This document shows positions 53,040 through 64,000 of a stretch of 64,000 nucleotides of DNA, in pieces (the first letter of the stretch is position 1; every line of letters begins with the position of its first letter). The notes under the pieces are model-generated. The model did no database searches and was not told the DNA's origin. It saw only the letters and a program-made list of their open reading frames with translations. Made by a program: the position numbers and the translations under genes. The stretch comes from Camelus ferus (taxonomy: Eukaryota), in contig NC_045697.1 in the NCBI RefSeq assembly GCF_009834535.1, positions 114,330,001 through 114,394,000 of the forward strand. The letters are read 5' to 3'.

Positions 53040-54840
53040 CTAGACTTGGTAATTCACCAAGCTGAAAGCTTTGGTTTAAATTTGCATCTCCCAGATTACA
53101 TGTATAGTTGAGCACTTTTTGAGATTCGTTTTAGCCACAAGGATTAATTCACTCATAAAGCATGTATTTGAGTCTCTTGTTGGTAGTTCTTTGGCACTGT
53201 CTTTTTCTTATTAATCTTTAGGAGATCTTTATTAATGCTACATATGAGATCTTTGTTAGTTTCGTAGATGGCAGGTATATTTTCCTGCTCATTGGCTTGC
53301 ACTTTTGGTCTCTTTATAGTGTCTTTTGAGAAATAAATGATCTAAATTATAATGTAGTCGAATGTATAAATTATTATGGTGAGTTTTTTGTGCCTTATTT
53401 AAGAAATTTTTCTATATTCCAAGATTATGAAGACATTATATATCCACCATATATTATTATAAATATATTTAGTATAAATATGTATAATTATATATAATCA
53501 TATATCATATTATCAAGCATTCTTGAATTATTGAATTATAATACTAAGGTTTAACATATTTAGATATCTTCTTTTCTCTCCTTTCATTTTTGAATCTTTA
53601 AGCTTCCATCCAAGATCATTTTCCTTCTTCCTCAGGAACATCCTTCAGAATTTACCTTAAGGCTAGTTACTAGAGATGAATTTTCATACTGTTTTTTGAA
53701 AGTATATTTATTTTAATTTTTATGTATATGAATAAAATTTTAGGGTTGATTTTACTTTGTTTCATCACTTATAAATATAATCCCAGTAGCTTCTTGTTCT
53801 TATTTTTGCTCATGTATCAGTTACTGAATTCTCCTTACTGTAAGATCAATCTGTATTTTTCCTATTTGCATAGTTTTAAGATTTGCCTTTGATTTTTCTT
53901 CAATTTTACTACTAAGCATCTGGGTGTGGATTATTCTGGTTTTTCATTTGCTTTGCTTGGCATTTGATGATCTTCTTAAATATATAGGTTGGTGTTTTTT
54001 AACATTTATGGAAAATTCTTAGCTGTTATTTCTTTAAATATTGCTTCTGGCCCATTTTCTGTTTTCTCCTTCTGAGTTTCATATATACCTATGTTTGTTA
54101 ACCTCATCTGTATTTTCAAATCTTTGTTCTTCTGCTTTTCATTCTGTAATGTTTCTTTTTTTTAATGGAAGTATTATCAATTTACTATGTTATGTCAATT
54201 TCTGATATATGTCATAATGATTCAGTCATACATATACGTATGTATATTCATTATAGATTAATACAAAATATTGAATGTGGTTCCCTGTGCTATACAGTAG
54301 AAAGTTATTGTTATCCAGTTTTGTGAAGATTTCCTTGTAGTTCTGAGAGTAAGAGAGATGGTCTACTGAAGTTCAGTAGGTGTTCTATGAGAATTGTTCT
54401 TCATGTAGGTGCAGGTTTTGATGTATTCATGGGAGGTGAGCACCGCCTCCCTCCGTTCTGCCATCTTGGGAATCCCCTCTGTAATGTTTCTTTTAATCTC
54501 TTTTCCAGTTTACTAATTCTCTTTTGTGCTATGTCTAATCTGTTCTTAAGGACATCACTTTCTTAATTTTAGTTACTATATTTTCAAATAATATAATTTC
54601 TACTTGGCCCTTTCATGAACTTATAATATGCAGAGATTATATATTTATGTTCTTTTTAGAATTTCTAAACTGATTTTATTTTTGTAAATATAAGTTGTTT
54701 AATCCTGGTGGGTTTGTTACTGTCGTATGTCATTTCTAGTCATTCTGATCATGCTGTTGTCTCTCTTTGTGTGCCATATTGTCCTTCATTTGTTTTCTGG
54801 ATGTTTTATTTAAAAATTGCTTGTGATAGTAATTAATTGA
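53040..54840 (-). mobile_element. Ancient L1-type fragments (L1ME/HAL1-like), interrupted at 54160-54477
   Basis: tttaaatttgcatctcccagattac..gttgagcactttt (ORF2 3' region antisense) and T-rich ORF1-like antisense (ggaaaattcttagctgttatttctttaaatattg). Confidence 0.6.
54160..54477 (-). mobile_element. Bipartite mini-L1 (L1 5' terminus fused to L1 3' terminus) with 17-bp TSD
   Basis: Perfect TSD tctgtaatgtttctttt at 54143-54159 and 54478-54494. Minus strand: ggggattcccaagatggcag... (L1 5' end, 54315-54477) joined to ataacaataactttctactgtatagcacagggaac...ttccattaaaa (L1 3' end). Confidence 0.85.
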
Positions 54841-57800
54841 ACTAGGATAATGCAATCTTATTATAGAGAGGAAGACGTTATGATACATGAGACACCTAGA
54901 CAAAGGTGGTCCTCAGTCCATGCATTCACCTGCAGAGTAAGGCAATTTCAAGTCCTGACACAGAGGGAGGTCGCCCAGTACTGTCCTTGTCCCATCCACC
55001 CTGTATGCCTCTGGGAAGAAAAAGCCACATGGGACATTTAGGCTGCACAGTCATCTTCTCAAGGTGCAGAAACTCCCAAAGCAATGTGTGACTCCAGGTG
55101 CAACCTCGTCTCTCAAAGTTAGAATTCTCTTCAGGGCACAGGCTGGGAAACTCCCCTCTGTTGTGTTATCTTTTTCATGAGATAAGAATGAGAAAGCTAT
55201 CTGTTTCACATATTATTTAAAACATATTATGTGTATTTAATCCCAGGTTGTTTATTTGTTTGTTGTTGTTTTATTTCTTCAGTGGAAGTGTTAGTCCAAA
55301 TTATCTAATCCATTGCTATTGATGAAATTTCTAGATCTCTTTTTAAATTTATTTTGCTTTATTTTGATATTACACATTATGATATAAGCATATAACTGTT
55401 TACAGATGAGCAACAAGTATAAAAATTCTAGACATTTTATCATAATAAATTAGTGTATATCTTGGCATGTCTGAATTAGATTAGACTTAACATTTATTTG
55501 GAAATCACCTATTTATTGACAAAAAGCTACCATCATAATTTCCCAGTTAGTTAAAAAGCTTGTCTTGAGTAATTGTGACTTTCTTGTTATAAGAATAATT
55601 ATTTCTTCTACTATTCTTAAGCATCTTAAATTGTGATATATTTCTTTTTATTTTAATCATTATCTGCTTTTAATTTGTAATTCCATTTAGTGGAATAGAA
55701 AAGGGAAAACACATGTTATTTTAAAATATTATACATCAAATTTCTCCTAGGTTTCATTCCTATAATATAGGAGTTATAAGCATGATCAATGCAGCAAGAT
55801 TATGAGACTACCATTAAAATAAATAAAATATTCAACATAAGTATATACTTAGGAACTTGAAAAGATGTAGGTATTTAGAAGAGAATTCTGTTTATGATAA
55901 ATTATCTTCTTATGATTTTACAGAATTGATTTTCAAACAAAGTTACTAATATCATCTTATTTTTAACTGGTGTTTCATAAATATTCATAATATTTTATTT
56001 CCTTTCTATACTATTTTAAGTTTACATACTATTTTTAATCCAGGTTCCTATTTCTGTTTCTATCACCTCAGTTGCTATTGGAATAAATGCTTCATCAATA
56101 CTAATCTGCAGTGGTTGAAGTTGTTCTTAGCTCCACTTGTCTCTCCAACTTCAGGATTCTGCTAAGGGAGAATTCAATTTTTTTTATTCCTTTGATAACA
56201 AACTCTTAACATGCCTCTAAGCCAAATCGTGAAAGTGAGAAACTATAGACTGTGAATCCACAGAAAGTAACTACTTCACTTGCCTCTTGGATTTTCCAAG
56301 TGAGCAAACGGAAGAAGCTGGTCTGGAAGTGTCATTAATAGTCTTCGTAACATGAGATCAAAGGAAACATCACAGCTAGAGCTCTGATTTCTTTCCATGA
56401 GTAGTTGAGAGAGCATCCAAAAAAAGGCAAAGTGTGTAGGTCAGAAGAAGTACTGACATGTTTCGACAAACTCAGTACCCTCTGTTTTATCTACCCTGTA
56501 TAGTTTTACCTTTGGTCAGGACATCAGAAGACTCAATGTCATGTGATACATGATTTTACTTAGAAAAAAAAAAAAAGACCTTTCAAATGTGCATTACCGT
56601 AGGAGCTAAAAAAGATAGAGAAGGGTACTAAAATGATAGTTGTTATTTGCTTCACATAACAGTGATTTGTACATAACTGGTGTAAGATGTTTGTGGATAA
56701 AATGCTACATTATAAAATACGTACATTGAAAAAGTGTATGTTAACCATAATTGATAAAGAATTAATTTTTCAAAAAGTTTCTTTGAAACTCTTATTTCTA
56801 AACTAATAACTGTGATCACAAATGCTCAGCTACACCCAACCTTACTGATACCTTTTAAGATCACTTTAAATTTGGTATATAGATTGATTCATAGCTACTG
56901 TTTCAGGTTGTTAATGCATTTCTATATATAATCACCATTTTTCTATGAAATTTACAAATGTGATGTGTTTCAGAAGCATTTAGTCACCATTATTAAAGCA
57001 TTTCAGATGACATTAGAATATAGGAACAAAAGTGTTTAACATTTGTGATTTTGTGAGAGTAAACCTTAGCCTGGTAGTAACTGTCAAGAAGACTAGTAAA
57101 GATGAGATGACAATTTGTAGGTGAAAGGAATCTTGCAGCTAAATTTATTTAAGGAAAGGGCCGCTTGATTTTGTGGATTAACATGTAAGCATAATTGGTT
57201 TTGTGAAATAGCTCTATATAATATATTAAAGAAGAGGTGACAAGTGTAGCATAAAATATGCAGGAATTTGAAAGACTTTTTGAAATACATATCATTATTT
57301 AATAACACATATTACAGAGATTGTTTTAAAAGTCATTTAAAAATGCAATCTCCAAATTAATGAAGAAGTTTTTACTGTGCATGTTAATATTCCCTGGGTG
57401 AATAGTAATTCTTAGTTCTAATTAGGCATCCTCTCAAAAATTATATTTTACAAGGATGTCCCACGTAATGTTATGCCAGATCTCGGCATTTATTCTAAGA
57501 TGTTCATATTATCTAATTAGCACTGTAATGTATAACTACCAAAAGCACAACTAATGTGAATGTCCTGGGACCTAATACCAGATGCAAAAGGCTAGTAAAG
57601 ACATTTCAAGGTGACTTAGTAGCAACTGTATTTCTAAATGCCAGAATAGCCAGTGCTAACATTCTGTTTTCAGAATCGGATGTCTCATTATCTCTCACCT
57701 GATTTGATGAGGAACCAGAAGCTGAAACCCAGGAATGTTAATGGAAAAATATTAATAATTCTTATGGGATACTCTACATGATGTTATTTCTTTTATAGTT

Positions 57801-59610
57801 TTCTCTCTTCCTGTAAGTTTATAATATTTGAGAAAAAGACAAAGAAACATTGTGTCTGCAAATTTCAAAATTTTCCTATGCCTAATTGGTCAAATATATT
57901 TTCTTTTAGGGACTTTATATAAATATAAATACATATATAACAGAATGAGTATTAAAGAAAAGAAGATTGAACATATTCCTTCTGATCTTATTACTCAGGG
58001 GACATTGAAATACAATGTGAACAAGGATAAATGTCATTGGGGAACATTAAACTGTCAATACAAATGACCGAGCAAAATGCTCGTTTCCATTTCTATCATT
58101 TCTATGGGTGACATAAAGATCAAAAGAATAAACTGCACAGAGTCTCTCTCATAAGATTTTTCAGTTTCAAAAACTTGCCTACCCCCATCTTTCACAACAC
58201 AAAACAATGATGACTTAAATAACTGTGGCTTTTAGACTTAGAGACAAGATGCTATGCAACAGAATACTAGGGTCAGTCTCTTTCTGTTTATTTTTATCCA
58301 ACGATGGTGTGGCGGCCAGTATTCCATCCCAACAGACATCTCTTAACATTGACATGTAACAAGTGCATGTGGAGGATTATATATGTTCGATCCTGGCCTT
58401 CGGATAAACAGATAGGTGCCATTTTTGACATTCCAATTGGTGATGGTACCAAAAAGTCAAAGACTTGTTTGCTGAATAGTTATATTCTATAATGATTATT
58501 TGATTAGCATTCCTATTCCTCCTCCAGATGAAGGCAGGATTCAGAAATAGAGGGGAAGTAGGTAAAATGGTGAAAGGGAAGAAGAGGGGTTGGTGGAGGA
58601 GACAGACTGTCCATGATTATGTTTATTACAAATTAAAAGCCACCACGTTGGACACTGAACCCCCACAACCCATGAAAAATATCACCAAGCACAACAAAGG
58701 AATAAAGGGCAATCATGGTCCTTCCCAACCCCGTGGAAATTTCAGTGAGTAGAGTGATTTTGATATGTGTACCCTGGCTCTGACTGAACAAAGTCAAAAT
58801 GCAGGACTCCATCATGACATAGAAATGTCAGCGGGTCAGTGAACGTCAGTGAAAACTAAAGAGCAGTTGTCACGTGGGTGAAGACTGCTGGGATTACCCC
58901 GGGCATCCTTCATGGTCAGGGACAGTGACAGAGTTGTTCTTTCCCACAGTTGGTAAGGATTGTCTGGAGACAGAACAGGAAAGCAGATCGAGATTACAAA
59001 TGATATTTCCTGCTTTGGCATCATGGTTAGGAGAATCATGTTTGATGGTTATTTTAAAAATATATTTAAATTTAAAATTTAAGAGCAAGGAAGCGAGTGC
59101 ACTCTACACATACCGTCTGATAAAGGCAGCTGACAGAATTTCAGTAAATTGCCATTTGGTTGGTGAACTTTAGTTTTTTCCCTCCCTCAACTTCCCAAAT
59201 AAATCTTATTCCTTTAGAGTCAATTTATATTTCCCAGCGTAATGATGTATTTTACCCATTCAGCTATGCTAGTGTTCTGTGAAGCCAGCCAGCAATGATC
59301 TCACCTCACCTACAATATAAATCTATCAGTGAATAAACAACATCATTTTTATTTCAATGCCGATGACACACTGCATGTCGATTTGGCAGTTAAATAATTT
59401 ATCTCTCTTTTGGGTGCAATCTGCTAGGCTTATTATAACTCTCCTTCTGATACTCATTTCGTGTTTAATAGTTCTTTGCCTCACGAGGATGCCAGTCAGT
59501 CAATTAAATTGAAATGTCATTCTGACCTTTTATTGGAAACAACTTACTATTTTTTTTTCATTTCATCTCAAGCTTTTTTTTTTCCATTTTATTCAAATTA
59601 AAAGCCTTAA

Positions 59611-64000
<4,390 letters not shown>

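Noticed and set aside
58830..59000. Mild CpG enrichment as a second CpG island (also 8100-8280)
   Set aside because: Only a handful of CpGs over less than 200 bp, well below island density.

Overview
This is AT-rich mammalian genomic DNA, not prokaryotic. It is most likely from a camelid, judged from three tRNA-Ala-like SINEs resembling camelid Vic-1 and the absence of recognisable Alu, Bov-tA or PRE-1 SINEs. Nearly the whole window is intron of FSTL5 (follistatin-like 5, + strand). The only coding sequence I can support is one 167-bp exon at 59693-59859, encoding the start of the first Ig-like domain. The rest is retroelement-rich intron: many L1 fragments (mostly antisense to FSTL5), L2/MIR relics, several solo LTRs, two DNA transposons and microsatellites. 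Almost all ORFs in the supplied track are decayed L1 pieces or chance ORFs. Most notable: (1) a ~320-bp TSD-flanked bipartite mini-L1 made only of the L1 5' end fused to the L1 3' end, with a junction compatible with splicing or microhomology (54160-54477); (2) a sharply bounded ~500-bp orphan CpG island deep in the intron (38540-39045); (3) a clean solo LTR with a perfect 6-bp TSD splitting a MER58A (48182-48854); (4) two solo LTRs head-to-head about 8 bp apart; (5) two twin-priming L1 inversions. Repeat family names come from recalled consensus sequences and need RepeatMasker/Dfam confirmation. Boundaries of old repeats are approximate.
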